Source: Deltaproteobacteria bacterium GWB2_55_19
GTDB lineage: Bacteria; Desulfobacterota; GWC2-55-46
Assembly: GCA_001797465.1 (NCBI GenBank)
Contig: MGPQ01000009.1
Span: 65,009 to 129,008, forward strand
Length of the DNA stretch: 64,000 bases
Direction: 5' to 3'
Shown piece by piece: positions 47,086-57,784 of this stretch. The notes below the pieces were generated by a model, which made no database searches, was not told the DNA's origin, and saw only the letters and a program-made list of their open reading frames with translations. Each line of letters opens with the position of its first letter. The stretch's first letter is position 1. The position numbers and the translations under genes are program-made.

Positions 47086-47234
47086 GTTCAGGTCTCCAAA
47101 AGGGGTTAAATCGGATATTTTATACTTTTACGCGCCCGCAGGCAAGAAAGAGTTTTGGCGCGTTACACCGGCTATTGAAATTATCTTTTTTTGCCGATAT
47201 AGTACCTTGAATTGCAAAAGCACGGGGGCTGTCT

Positions 47235-47570
47235 ATGAAACACCTGTCCGTAATACTCCTGCTCATGCTTACGGCCTGCGCCGCACAGAAGGCGGTTGAG
47301 GAGAAAGAGGTGAAAAAAGAGCTCTCCTTCCCTCAGGTCCTGACGTACAAGGCCCCTGGAGAGACGCTCCTCACGCACGAGGACAAGTGGTACGTCTACG
47401 ACGCGAAGTTCGACTATGTCGTAAAGGGCGAGTTCGACAACACGAACCGGATGTACGGCTCGTGCCCCATAGCAAAGGCCGACTACAAGGTGACGGACAA
47501 GGAGACAAAGCTCGTCGTCAGGGAGGCTACCTACACCCAGTGGCCGTGCGACCCGTGCCACAGCAGATAA
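47235..47570 (+). CDS. Small lipoprotein with a C-terminal CXXCH motif.
   Basis: LMLTAC lipobox. The C-terminus ends ...YTQWPCDPCHSR. The gene lies 10 nt upstream of the PilZ gene. Confidence 0.5.
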   Translation: MKHLSVILLLMLTACAAQKAVEEKEVKKELSFPQVLTYKAPGETLLTHEDKWYVYDAKFDYVVKGEFDNTNRMYGSCPIAKADYKVTDKETKLVVREATYTQWPCDPCHSR

Positions 47571-47580
47571 GGAGAAGCGT

Positions 47581-48261
47581 ATGGACCATCAGGCGCGCAC
47601 CATCTCCCCACACCCCGACATACCCATCACCGTAGGGACCGAGCTCCTCCTTGAGCTCGTCGACCTCAAACTCAAGATGCGCGGCGAGCTCGCCGGAGGC
47701 GAGCACCGCAGGTACCTCATAGTAAAACTCCCGGACGAGGACCTCGGCTTCAGCGTCGATTCCCTCAAGGGCTCCAAGATGATCCTCCGCTACCTCTTCA
47801 AGGGCTCGATATACGGGTTCAAGTCGGAGGTGGTGACCACCCTCGCATCCCCCTCGAAGCTCGCCTTTGTCGCTTACCCGGAGAAGGTCGAGGAATTCAA
47901 GGTGAGGAACACCCCGAGGTACGAGTGCATCCTGCCGGGGTCAGTTGAGCTCGGGGATGAGACCGTCGAGATAGTCGTCATCGACATAAGCACAAAGGGG
48001 TGCAGGGCGATCATAAACACCGGAGAGCTCCGGGACAGGGACAAGTCGCTCGGCGCGCTCGACATCGGGAAAGGGCTCGTTGTCACGGTCCAGCTCCCCG
48101 GCGCCGAAGAGAAACTCCGCTTCCAGGGCGAGGTGAAAAACCTGTCGAGGGACAGCGAGCGCGCCGTTGTCGGGCTCCTCTTCAAGGAGGCCGATAATAA
48201 GTCTGAAGGCAAGCTTTCCTCTTTTCTCACCCTTATTTCAGCGGTAAAGCCGAGGGAGTGA
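47581..48261 (+). CDS. PilZ-domain c-di-GMP binding protein (YcgR-like architecture).
   Basis: RNTPR (RxxxR) and DISTKG (DxSxxG) motifs. Confidence 0.7.
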   Translation: MDHQARTISPHPDIPITVGTELLLELVDLKLKMRGELAGGEHRRYLIVKLPDEDLGFSVDSLKGSKMILRYLFKGSIYGFKSEVVTTLASPSKLAFVAYPEKVEEFKVRNTPRYECILPGSVELGDETVEIVVIDISTKGCRAIINTGELRDRDKSLGALDIGKGLVVTVQLPGAEEKLRFQGEVKNLSRDSERAVVGLLFKEADNKSEGKLSSFLTLISAVKPRE

Positions 48262-48294
48262 AAAGGGCCTTCCCCCTCCCGGTCAACTCATCAT

Positions 48295-48328
48295 AAAAAA
48301 GGGCGGGGCTCAAGCCCAGCCCTTTTTG
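48295..48328 (+). terminator. Intrinsic terminator after the PilZ gene.
   Basis: AAAAAA-GGGCGGGGC-tcaa-GCCCAGCCC-TTTTT. Confidence 0.65.
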
Positions 48329-48505
48329 TATTCACCCTCCCCGTGTTCAACCCCTGGACTATGCGGACTCCCGCCAAAGGTACTACCCGACAAGATAAAG
48401 GTATGATAAACCGGCCATTTTTATTAAAACACCATTAAAAAAGACCCCTTTCCCCTGATTAGCGTTAAGCCAGTTTTTCACCTTGCCGATATATAAACTA
48501 AGTAC

Positions 48506-48648
48506 AGGCTACATCTAAAAATTAGGAATTTTTTCTAAGGTCAAGGAAGGGCGGAAATAAAAAGCGCAGCATATATGGGAATATGTGAGCATTTTTATTT
48601 CCGCTCTGACGCAGAGATTAGGAAAAATAACAATTTTTAGAGTAGCCT
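48506..48648 (+). mobile_element. MITE-like repeat, copy C.
   Basis: Terminal inverted repeats of 17-18 bp, AGGCTACATCTAAAAATT and AATTTTTAGAGTAGCCT. The internal sequence is nearly identical to copy A. Confidence 0.7.
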
Positions 48649-48891
48649 ACAGGGAAGTAGCGGCAAATCACAGGGAGGTGACGCGTATGCCGTACTTACA
48701 GCACCATCTGAACAGCCTGCACATATTCTGCAGGCTCCGCGCACTGGGTCTCAGCAAGGCGACGGCGATAAGGCTCTCGATGCTCTGGGAGTTCCTCATC
48801 CACCCGTTCGTCTATCTCTGGGTCCAGGATGTCCCGGCAAAGGCGGTCGTTAAACGGAGGCTCTGGAAATGATATGCGGAGAAGGGGAGGT

Positions 48892-50934
48892 TTAGCCGAG
48901 CTTAAGCTCCATGTCCTCGAGCTCCTTGATCCTGTCCCTCAGCTCGGCGGCCTTCTCGAACTCGAGCCCCTTCGACGCCCTCTCCATCTCCTTCCTGAGT
49001 GCCTTTAAGAGCTTCGGTATCTCGTGCGGGGGCACGTACTCCGCCGCATTCTCGGCCGTTGCCGCCCCCTTCACGGTATAGTAGTCCCCCTCGTATATGG
49101 AACTCAGTATGTCCTTTATACTGCTCTTTATCGTCTCAGGCGTTATCCCATTCGCCGCGTTGTAGCCCGCCTGTATGAGCCTCCTCCTCTCGGTCTCGCC
49201 TATCGCAGTCCGCATCGAGTCCGTTACCCTGTCGCCGTACATGATGACCCTGCCGTTCACGTTCCTCGCGGCCCTGCCGCAGGTCTGTATGAGAGAGCGG
49301 CCGGAGCGGAGAAACCCCTCTTTGTCGGCGTCCAGTATGGCTACGAGCGAGACCTCTGGTATATCGAGCCCCTCGCGTAGGAGATTTATGCCTACGAGGA
49401 CGTCGAACTCGCCGAGTCTCAAGTCCCGGAGTATCTCTATCCTCTCGAGCGTCTCTATGTCCGAGTGGAGGTACTTTACCCTTATCCCCGCCTCGGCGTA
49501 GTGCTGGGTAAGGTCCTCGGCCATCCTTTTCGTAAGGGTCGTTACGAGCACCCTCTCGCCCTTCTTAACGCGCTTCCTTATCTCAACGAGAAGGTCATCG
49601 ACCTGGTGGGCCGCAGGCCGCACCTCTATCTCAGGGTCCATGAGCCCGGTCGGCCTTATTATCTGTTCCACGACGCGAGCGCCTGCGACCGAGAACTCGT
49701 AAGCGGCCGGTGTCGCCGAGACATGGACGGTTTGTTTGATCTTCCTAACGAACTCGTCGAACTTAAGCGGCCTGTTGTCGAGCGCCGAGGGCAGTCTGAA
49801 ACCGTACTCTATAAGCGTTTCCTTCCTCGACCTGTCGCCGTGGTACATGCCGTTCAACTGGGGGACGGTTATGTGGCTCTCGTCGATAAAGAGGATGAAG
49901 TCCTCTGGGAAGTAATCTATGAGCGTGTAGGGCGGCTCGCCCGGGAGCCTTCCGGTGATGTGCCGCGAATAGTTCTCTATCCCGGGGCAGTAGCCCATCT
50001 CCTCCATGAACTCGAGGTCAAACTGGGTCCTCTGCTCGAGCCTCTGCGCCTCCAGGAGCCTGTTCTGCGACTTTAAAAAAACGAGCCTCTCTCTAAGCTC
50101 CGCCCTTATAGCCCCTGTCGCGCGATGGAGGTTGTCCCGCGTCGTCACATGGTGGCTCGCCGGGTGGATGAGGGCGCGCTCGACCTTCCTTATCGGTTTT
50201 CCCCTCATCGGGTCTATCTCGGTTATCGCCTCTACCACGTCGCCGAAGAACTCTATCCTCACGGCAATGTCGGCCTCATAGGCCGGGAATATGTCGACGA
50301 CGTCGCCCCTTACCCTGAAGGCACCCCTGTGGAAGTCGTAGTCGTTCCTCGCGTACTGCATCTCTACGAGGAGGTTAAGGAGCGCCCCCCTGTCCGTCTC
50401 CATGCCGCGCTCTACGTAGACCTGCATCTTGCCGTAGTCGTCGGGCGAGCCTATGCCGTATATGCAGGAGACCGACGCGACGATGATGGAATCCCTCCTG
50501 GTAAGGAGCGAGTGGGTCGCCGAGTGCCGGAGTTTGTCTATCTCGTCGTTTATAGAGGCGTCCTTCTCTATAAACATGTCCGTCGTCGGCACATACGCCT
50601 CTGGCTGGTAGTAGTCGTAGTACGAGACGAAGTACTCTACGGCGTTCTCGGGAAAGAGGTCCTTGAACTCGGCGTAGAGCTGGGCGGCAAGCGTCTTGTT
50701 CGGCGCGATGACGAGCGCGGGTCTGCCCGTCTCCTCGATGACCTTGGCCATGGTAAAGGTCTTGCCCGAGCCTGTCACTCCGAGGAGTATCTGGTGGGGA
50801 TACCCATTCTTGAGCCCTTCCACGAGCGCCTGTATCGCCCTGGGCTGGTCGCCCTTGGGGACGAAGTCTGTCCTTATCCTGAATGGTGTAGACATATCCT
50901 TATAAAATACCATGAAATCCTTGGGGATGGGCAA
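48892..50934 (-). CDS. uvrB: Excinuclease ABC subunit B.
   Basis: N-terminal helicase motif [16 protein letters not shown] and C-terminal UVR domain (...[16 protein letters not shown]...). 680 aa. Confidence 0.95.
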   Translation of the reverse strand: MPIPKDFMVFYKDMSTPFRIRTDFVPKGDQPRAIQALVEGLKNGYPHQILLGVTGSGKTFTMAKVIEETGRPALVIAPNKTLAAQLYAEFKDLFPENAVEYFVSYYDYYQPEAYVPTTDMFIEKDASINDEIDKLRHSATHSLLTRRDSIIVASVSCIYGIGSPDDYGKMQVYVERGMETDRGALLNLLVEMQYARNDYDFHRGAFRVRGDVVDIFPAYEADIAVRIEFFGDVVEAITEIDPMRGKPIRKVERALIHPASHHVTTRDNLHRATGAIRAELRERLVFLKSQNRLLEAQRLEQRTQFDLEFMEEMGYCPGIENYSRHITGRLPGEPPYTLIDYFPEDFILFIDESHITVPQLNGMYHGDRSRKETLIEYGFRLPSALDNRPLKFDEFVRKIKQTVHVSATPAAYEFSVAGARVVEQIIRPTGLMDPEIEVRPAAHQVDDLLVEIRKRVKKGERVLVTTLTKRMAEDLTQHYAEAGIRVKYLHSDIETLERIEILRDLRLGEFDVLVGINLLREGLDIPEVSLVAILDADKEGFLRSGRSLIQTCGRAARNVNGRVIMYGDRVTDSMRTAIGETERRRLIQAGYNAANGITPETIKSSIKDILSSIYEGDYYTVKGAATAENAAEYVPPHEIPKLLKALRKEMERASKGLEFEKAAELRDRIKELEDMELKLG

Positions 50935-51134
50935 AATTCAAATCGGGCGGTTGTAGTAAACGAACTCCAAAAAGGTATCCAACGGCTTTGGCCGTGCGCC
51001 GAGCACCGATAGGCGTTAAAAACCGTATATAATATTAGCTTCGCCCCAGGCGAAAGGGTGAAAAAGCTGTTTTAATTTCGCCTGCCTTGTGTTATTAATC
51101 TCTATCCTGATAAATACGAAAAGAGGCCGGAAAA

Positions 51135-53930
51135 GTGGCGGAAATAGACTATAAGAACACGCTCAACCTCCCTAAGACCGACTTCCAGATGAGGGCCGAG
51201 CTCCCGAAAAAAGAGCCTGAGATGTTGAAGGCCTGGGAGGAGAACGGACTTTACGGGAAGATAACCGTTGCGGGCAAGGGGCGGGAGAAGTACATACTCC
51301 ACGACGGCCCGCCGTACGCGAACGGGAACATCCACATAGGCCACGCGCTGAATAAGCTCCTCAAGGACTTCATCGTGAAGTCGAGGTCCATGACGGGTTT
51401 CGCGACGGACTATGTGCCTGGATGGGACTGTCACGGCCTCCCCATAGAGCTCCAGGTCGAAAAGGAGCTCGGCGGCAAGAAGCAGTCTCTGTCAAAGGCC
51501 GAAATAAGAAAGAGGTGCAGGGCGTACGCCTCGAAGTTCATCGACGTACAGCGCGCGGACTTTAAAAGGCTCGGCGTATTCGGCGAATGGGAGAACCCCT
51601 ATCTCACCATGAACTTCTCCTACCAGGCCTCGATAATGAGGGAGCTCGGCAGGTTCGTCGAAAAAGGCCTCGTCTATAAGGGGAAAAAACCCGTGCACTG
51701 GTGCTCATCGTGCGCGACCGCGCTCGCCGAGGCCGAGGTGGAGTACGCAGACAAGACATCGCCCTCTATATTCGTAAGGTTCGCGCTCGACCAAAAGGAG
51801 CTCTCTGACAGGCTCAAGGTGAATATCTCCGGAAGGGCCTTTGTCGTCATCTGGACGACTACCCCGTGGACCCTGCCCGCGAACCTCGCAATCGCGCTTC
51901 ATCCGGAGCTCGATTACGTCCTTGTCGTACATGACAAGGACGCGTACATCGTAGCAGAGGGGCTCCTTGAGTCCGTATCAGCGAAGTTCGGATGGACGGA
52001 CGCAAAGGTGATTAAAAAATTCCGCTACTCGGGTATTGAAGGCATTAAGGCGAAACACCCCTTCATCGACCGCGCCTCTGTTCTACTCCCCGGAGGGCAT
52101 GTGACGCTGGAGGCCGGGACCGGTTGTGTCCATATAGCCCCCGGCCACGGCCAGGACGACTACGAGATCGGACTTAAGTTCGGGCTCGACATCTACAACC
52201 CGGTAGACAACCACGGAAAGTTCACGAAAGAGGTCCCCGAGTTCGAAGGCCAGTTCGTATTCAAGGCCAACGAGAATATCATAACTATCTTAAAGGAAAA
52301 AGGCGCGCTCCTTCTGAAAGAGGACATAAGGCACTCGTACCCGCACTGCTGGAGGTGCAAGTCACCTATCATATTCCGCGCGACCGAGCAGTGGTTCGCC
52401 TCGATGGAGGCCGGTGACTTAAGGAAAAAGGCGCTCGAAGCGATAGACAAACAGGTCGAGTGGATACCCTCCTGGGGCCGGGACCGCATCTATAACATGA
52501 TAGTCAACAGGCCCGACTGGTGCCTGTCGAGACAGAGGGCTTGGGGCGTGCCCATCCCGGCGCTCCGGTGCAAGTCCTGCCTGCACTCGTTCCTCGATGT
52601 AAAGGTGACAGAGAAGCTCGCCGACGACTTCGAGAAGGACGGCGCCGATATATGGTTCGAAAGGGAGCTTAAGGACCTCCTCCCCGATGGCGTCAAGTGC
52701 CCGAAGTGCGGTGGCGCCGAATTCGACAAGGAAGAGGACATACTCGACGTCTGGTTCGACTCGGGCGTCTCCTTCGCGGCTGTGCTGGAGAAGAGGAAAA
52801 ACCTCAAGTTCCCTGCGGACCTCTACCTCGAAGGGAGCGACCAGCACAGGGGCTGGTTCCACTCATCCCTGCTCGCCTCAGTCGGCACGCGCTCGACACC
52901 TCCATATAAGGCCGTGCTCACGCACGGGTTCGTCGTCGACGGCGAAGGGCGCAAGATGTCCAAGTCCATCGGCAACGTAATCGCCCCGCAGGAGGTGATT
53001 AACAAGTACGGCGCCGAGGTATTGAGGCTCTGGGTCGCGGCAGAGGACTACAGGGAGGATATCCGCATCTCTGAGGAGATATTAAAGAGGCTCTCCGAGG
53101 CGTACAGGAGGATAAGGAACACATTCAGGTACATATTGGGCAACCTCTACGACTTCGACCCTGTTAAGGACCTCGTCCCGTTCAATGAGCTCGAGGAGCT
53201 CGACAGGCTCACGCTCCACAAGCTCTCAAGGCTCACGGAGCGTGTCCTCGAGGCCTACAAGACCTTCGAGTTCCACGTCATATACCACGCAGTCCACAAC
53301 TTCTGCACAGTGGACTTGAGCGCCTTTTACCTCGACGTCATCAAGGACAGGCTCTACACATACAGGGCGGATTCCAGGGGCAGGAGGGCCGCGCAGACGG
53401 CGATCTATCACGTCCTCGACCACCTCGTGAGGCTCACCGCCCCGGTCCTCGTCTTCACCTCTGACGAGGCGTGGTCGTTCATGCCCGGGGAAAAGGCGGA
53501 GAGCGTGCACCTCTCTGCGATGCCTGTTCCGAACGCCTCCTGGATAGACGACAGGCTCGACGAAAAGTGGGATGAGCTCGCGCGCGTAAAGGCCGATATA
53601 TCGAAGGCCCTCGAAGGGGCGCGGCAGACAAAGCTCATCGGACACCCGCTCGACGCCGAGGTCGTCGTATACCCTAAAAAGGACGAGGCGCTCATAAACG
53701 AAGAGGCCCGCGCGCTCGAAGAGGTGCTCATCATATCGAAGCTGACTATCGGCTCAGGGACGACGGACACCGGAGGGGATGCGCACCTCTACACAACCGA
53801 CATAGCGGACTTCGTGGTTAGAAAGGCCCCCGGCGGCAAGTGCGAGAGGTGCTGGCACTACAACACCCATGTCGGCGAAAACAGCGAACACCCGGCCCTT
53901 TGCGACAGATGCACGGAGGCGCTCAGATAA
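51135..53930 (+). CDS. ileS: Isoleucyl-tRNA synthetase.
   Basis: Class I motifs HIGHA (...[15 protein letters not shown]...) and KMSKS, with a C-terminal zinc-finger region. 931 aa. Confidence 0.95.
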   Translation: MAEIDYKNTLNLPKTDFQMRAELPKKEPEMLKAWEENGLYGKITVAGKGREKYILHDGPPYANGNIHIGHALNKLLKDFIVKSRSMTGFATDYVPGWDCHGLPIELQVEKELGGKKQSLSKAEIRKRCRAYASKFIDVQRADFKRLGVFGEWENPYLTMNFSYQASIMRELGRFVEKGLVYKGKKPVHWCSSCATALAEAEVEYADKTSPSIFVRFALDQKELSDRLKVNISGRAFVVIWTTTPWTLPANLAIALHPELDYVLVVHDKDAYIVAEGLLESVSAKFGWTDAKVIKKFRYSGIEGIKAKHPFIDRASVLLPGGHVTLEAGTGCVHIAPGHGQDDYEIGLKFGLDIYNPVDNHGKFTKEVPEFEGQFVFKANENIITILKEKGALLLKEDIRHSYPHCWRCKSPIIFRATEQWFASMEAGDLRKKALEAIDKQVEWIPSWGRDRIYNMIVNRPDWCLSRQRAWGVPIPALRCKSCLHSFLDVKVTEKLADDFEKDGADIWFERELKDLLPDGVKCPKCGGAEFDKEEDILDVWFDSGVSFAAVLEKRKNLKFPADLYLEGSDQHRGWFHSSLLASVGTRSTPPYKAVLTHGFVVDGEGRKMSKSIGNVIAPQEVINKYGAEVLRLWVAAEDYREDIRISEEILKRLSEAYRRIRNTFRYILGNLYDFDPVKDLVPFNELEELDRLTLHKLSRLTERVLEAYKTFEFHVIYHAVHNFCTVDLSAFYLDVIKDRLYTYRADSRGRRAAQTAIYHVLDHLVRLTAPVLVFTSDEAWSFMPGEKAESVHLSAMPVPNASWIDDRLDEKWDELARVKADISKALEGARQTKLIGHPLDAEVVVYPKKDEALINEEARALEEVLIISKLTIGSGTTDTGGDAHLYTTDIADFVVRKAPGGKCERCWHYNTHVGENSEHPALCDRCTEALR

Positions 53931-54391
53931 AAAACCTCAGGGTCCTCGTCATAACCGCGCTCGCCGTGCTTGTGGTCGACCAGGCCTCCAAGCTCGTTGT
54001 CATCCATTATTTCTGGGAGGGAGAGACCGTCGAGGTGATCGCCGGGTTCTTCGACCTCGTACACTTCAGGAACCCAGGCGCGGCCTTTGGTATTTTCAAC
54101 GAGGGGGGCGTCGCGCGGAGGGTCTTCCTCATCACGACTTCCGGCGCGGCGCTCGCCGTTATATTCTTTCTCCTGAAGGAAACGAAGGATTCCATCGTCG
54201 CGCTCGGGCTCTCACTCGTCGCCGGGGGCGCGGCAGGGAACCTCGTCGACAGGGTAAGGTTCGGCTCGGTCGTCGACTTCCTCTACTTCCACGCGGGCCC
54301 GTACTACTGGCCCGCCTTCAATATCGCGGACTCCGCGATAACGGCCGGCGTTGGGCTTGCCGCCGTCTTCTACTGGTTCAGGCATCGCTGA
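53909..54391 (+). CDS. lspA: Lipoprotein signal peptidase II.
   Basis: Contains ...[18 protein letters not shown]...FRNPGAAFG...NLVDR...FNIADSAI... It overlaps the end of ileS in the conserved ileS-lspA arrangement. The start codon is uncertain. Confidence 0.75.
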   Translation: MHGGAQIKNLRVLVITALAVLVVDQASKLVVIHYFWEGETVEVIAGFFDLVHFRNPGAAFGIFNEGGVARRVFLITTSGAALAVIFFLLKETKDSIVALGLSLVAGGAAGNLVDRVRFGSVVDFLYFHAGPYYWPAFNIADSAITAGVGLAAVFYWFRHR

Positions 54392-54578
54392 TCGCCATCT
54401 GCCGCGTATCCCTGTAAAACAAAACCCAGAAGCCTCCTTCAAGGAAACTCCCGGGTACGCCCCGTCTAATCCTTGCCTTGTCATTGCGAACGAAGTGAAG
54501 CAATCCCATCTTTTAAGCACGTCATAACCCAAAGATCGCTTCGTCGCTTGCGCTCCTCGCAATGACAATAAACCGCCT

Positions 54579-55319
54579 CTACCCCTCAGCCAGCTTCCTG
54601 CTCTCGTTAGCGATAAAGGTTTTCAGTATCTCCTGGTCCTCATCCGCTACGGAGGTGTACATGAGGCCGTAGCCCCCGAAGAGCGTCTTCGAAGCGACCT
54701 CGGAGGTAGACCACTTTATTATGCACTTAAGGTCTATGACCTTGTCCGCGCCGGGGATCGTAAATTTAAGCCGGAGCATCGCCCCGGTCAAGAGGTCCGC
54801 CTTGGTGTGGAGGAACGCTCCGGTCTCGCTGAGGTTAAGGAGAAAGCCGGTCCTCGCGCGGTCGCCCAGTATGAAGTCCACGGGTATGGAGACCGGGACC
54901 CTCTCTCTGCTTATGCCCTTGGAGGCCTTGTCCGGGAATAGCGTCCTGTTGACCCTGAAAATTATCTGCTCCGGGGTGTACCCCTTTGTCATCAGCCCCG
55001 AGGCCCCTAAACCCTTCAGCTTCTCCACGATGTTGCCCGGCTCGTATACGCCTGTCAGCGCGAGTATCGGGAACTTTCCCCTGTACCCGTTGTCGTTAAG
55101 CCACTTCAAGACCCCGAACCCGTCTATATCCGGCATCTGCAGGTCGAGGATGAGGAGGTCTATGCCGTTCGAGTCTATCCTTACCTCGTTTATGAGCTCC
55201 CTGCCGTCCTTGGCGAACCTGACCTTGTGGCCGGCCTCGACGAGTATGTCTGAGAGCTTGGTCCTGAAGAAGACGGAGTCGTCGGCGACAAGGACGTTCC
55301 TTGAGTCTTTTGTGATCAT
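54579..55319 (-). CDS. Response-regulator receiver domain fused to a PilZ domain.
   Basis: N-terminal REC domain (...VLVADDS...DLLILDLQMPDIDG...). C-terminal PilZ with RERVP and NLSETG. Confidence 0.7.
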   Translation of the reverse strand: MITKDSRNVLVADDSVFFRTKLSDILVEAGHKVRFAKDGRELINEVRIDSNGIDLLILDLQMPDIDGFGVLKWLNDNGYRGKFPILALTGVYEPGNIVEKLKGLGASGLMTKGYTPEQIIFRVNRTLFPDKASKGISRERVPVSIPVDFILGDRARTGFLLNLSETGAFLHTKADLLTGAMLRLKFTIPGADKVIDLKCIIKWSTSEVASKTLFGGYGLMYTSVADEDQEILKTFIANESRKLAEG

Positions 55320-55568
55320 ACCGCTTCCTTCTGAGGGTTATCCCTTTCGGGAATCATATAAGGAATAAAAACCAGGCCGGGGAAGAGTACTTGCTGGAGT
55401 CTTGGAGGCGAGGGTGCGTCCGGCCCAACATGTTAATTTCAGGCGTATGAGGACGGGGACCTTAAGGCCGCCGTCAAGACCTCGGGAAATCGATTGCGCC
55501 TTGAAACGGGTCTGCCCCGCCCCCCGTCCCCGTCCGCAGAAGAATTATAGCGGAAAAGATGGGTTTCT

Positions 55569-57707
55569 TCAATCCGCGGCGGGCTTGGGGACCTCCCATG
55601 TCGCGTAACTGCACTTCGGGTACTTGGAACAGCTGAAGAATACCCTGCCCTTTTTCGTCCTCCTCTCGACGAGCATGCCGCCGTCGTCGTTAGGGCACGG
55701 TATGCCGGTCGATACCGGGAGAGTAGACTTGCAGTTCGGGTAATCCGAACACGCGAGGAAACGGCCGAACCTGCCGCTCTTTAAAGTCATCTGTTTCCCG
55801 CACTTGGGGCAGAGCGTCTCGACCGTCTCTGCTACGCGCTCAAGGGCGACGACCTTGCCGTCGGTGTCTGTCGTGAAGTCTTTGGTGTTCTTGCACTCCG
55901 GGTACCCGGAGCATGCGAGGAACTTGCCCTTCCGCCCCCATTTTATCACCATCTGCTTTCCGCACTTCTCGCAGGATATATCTGTGGGCGTCTCCTCGGC
56001 CTTCAGGTTCTTCATGTCCTTCTTGGCCCTCTCCAGGGATTCCTTAAAGGGCGCATAGAACTCCTCCATCGTCTTTCGCCACTGGGCCTGCCCCTCTTCT
56101 ATCTGGTCGAGCTCCTCTTCCATGTGGGCGGTGAACTCGACGTCGAGTATCTCGGGGAAGGACCCTATGAGGAGACCCGTGACCGTGAAGCCGAGCTCTG
56201 TCGGCTTGAGCTGCGTCTTGTCCTTGATGACGTACTCCCGGTCCTGAATGGTTGAGATTATCGCCGCGTAGGTAGAGGGCCTCCCTATGCCGTTTTCCTC
56301 GAGCTCCTTTACGAGCGACGCCTCTGTAAACCTCGGGGGCGGCTGTGTGAAGTGCTGGGCAGGGGAGAGGCTTGAGAGCTGTAAGGGCTCGTCCTTCTTA
56401 AGCTGAGGGAGCTTCTCCTCCTTCTCCTCCTCGACGTCCTGCCCCTCGATGTAGACGGCCATGAAGCCCGGGAACTTTATCGTCGAGCCGGAGGCGGTAA
56501 ACAGGTAATCGCCGGCCGTTATCTGCGCCCTCGTCTGGTCGATGAGCGCGCTCGACATCTGGCACGCGATGAAACGGTTCCAGATGAGCTGGTAGAGCCT
56601 GAACTGGTCCTTTGAGAGGTGCTTCTTTACGGCGTCGGGCGCGTACTGGAAATAAGTCGGCCTTATCGCCTCGTGCGCGTCCTGCGCCTTTTTCTTTGAC
56701 TTGTATATCACGGGCTTGGCCGGGAGGAAGTCCTCCCCGTACCTCTGGCCTATGTGCGCGCGCGCAGAGGCTATCGCCTCATTCGACACCCTTGTGGAGT
56801 CAGTCCTCATGTACGAGATGAGCCCGACCGGCCCCTCGTCGCCCAGATCCACCCCCTCGTACAACTGCTGGGCGAGCATCATCGTCTTCTTCGCCGTGAA
56901 CCCGAGCTTCCTCGCCGCTTCCTGCTGGAGCTTGGACGTCGTGAACGGCGCCGCCGGGTTCCTCTTCGTCTCCCTCGTCTCGACCTCCGCCACTTTGTAC
57001 GTCGCGCCATTGAGGTCTGAGAGTACCTGCTTCGCCTGGGATTCGTTGCCGAGCTCTATCTTCTCCCCGTTCTTTTTAGCGAGCTTCGCAATAAAACCGG
57101 CGCCGGAGCCGGTCTCAAGCTCGGCCTCGATCGACCAGTACTCCTTCGGCACGAACGCCTGTATCTCACGCTCCCGGTCGCAGATGAGGCGCACGGCGAC
57201 GGACTGGACCCTGCCGGCGCTCAACCCCCGCCTCACCTTGTCCCAGAGTATGGGGGAGACCTGGTAGCCGACGAGCCGGTCGAGGACCCTTCTCGCCTGC
57301 TGTGCGTCGAACTTGTTCCTGTCGAGCGCGATCGGGTGCTCTATCGCCTCCCTTACGGCCTTTTCGGTTATCTCGTTAAAGAGGACGCGGAGCGTCTTCT
57401 CGTTCTTCTTGTCCACCTCTTCGGCTATGTGCCAGGCGATGGCTTCGCCCTCCCTGTCGGGGTCGGGCGCGAGGTATATCCTCTCGGCCGTCTTTGCGGC
57501 CTTCTTTAATTCCTTTATCGTATTGGCCTTGCCCTTTATGATCTCGTAATGGGGCTCGAAGCCGTTATCTATCTCTACCCCGAGCTTGCTCTTGGGAAGG
57601 TCCTTTATATGGCCGACTGAGGCGAGGACCAGAAAGTCCTTGCCGAGGAACTTGTTTATCGTCTTCGCCTTAGCGGGCGACTCGACTATTACGAGCGATT
57701 TTCCCAT
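55569..57707 (-). CDS. topA: DNA topoisomerase I.
   Basis: TOPRIM N-terminus (begins MGKSLVIVESPAKAKTI...), the active-site Tyr region and three C-terminal C4 zinc ribbons. Confidence 0.95.
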   Translation of the reverse strand: MGKSLVIVESPAKAKTINKFLGKDFLVLASVGHIKDLPKSKLGVEIDNGFEPHYEIIKGKANTIKELKKAAKTAERIYLAPDPDREGEAIAWHIAEEVDKKNEKTLRVLFNEITEKAVREAIEHPIALDRNKFDAQQARRVLDRLVGYQVSPILWDKVRRGLSAGRVQSVAVRLICDREREIQAFVPKEYWSIEAELETGSGAGFIAKLAKKNGEKIELGNESQAKQVLSDLNGATYKVAEVETRETKRNPAAPFTTSKLQQEAARKLGFTAKKTMMLAQQLYEGVDLGDEGPVGLISYMRTDSTRVSNEAIASARAHIGQRYGEDFLPAKPVIYKSKKKAQDAHEAIRPTYFQYAPDAVKKHLSKDQFRLYQLIWNRFIACQMSSALIDQTRAQITAGDYLFTASGSTIKFPGFMAVYIEGQDVEEEKEEKLPQLKKDEPLQLSSLSPAQHFTQPPPRFTEASLVKELEENGIGRPSTYAAIISTIQDREYVIKDKTQLKPTELGFTVTGLLIGSFPEILDVEFTAHMEEELDQIEEGQAQWRKTMEEFYAPFKESLERAKKDMKNLKAEETPTDISCEKCGKQMVIKWGRKGKFLACSGYPECKNTKDFTTDTDGKVVALERVAETVETLCPKCGKQMTLKSGRFGRFLACSDYPNCKSTLPVSTGIPCPNDDGGMLVERRTKKGRVFFSCSKYPKCSYATWEVPKPAAD

Positions 57708-57784
57708 GTTAGTCCCTTTTTCTCTTTCCCTGAACGGCCCAGCCGCTGATTATTATAACACAGACGCGTTTTTTACGAGCGCGC

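Noticed and set aside
50935-51134. A T-box or other leader upstream of ileS, and likewise upstream of aspS.
   Set aside because: No specifier-loop or T-box antiterminator consensus (AATTAGGGTGGNACCGCG) was found. The region looks like a plain divergent promoter shared with uvrB.
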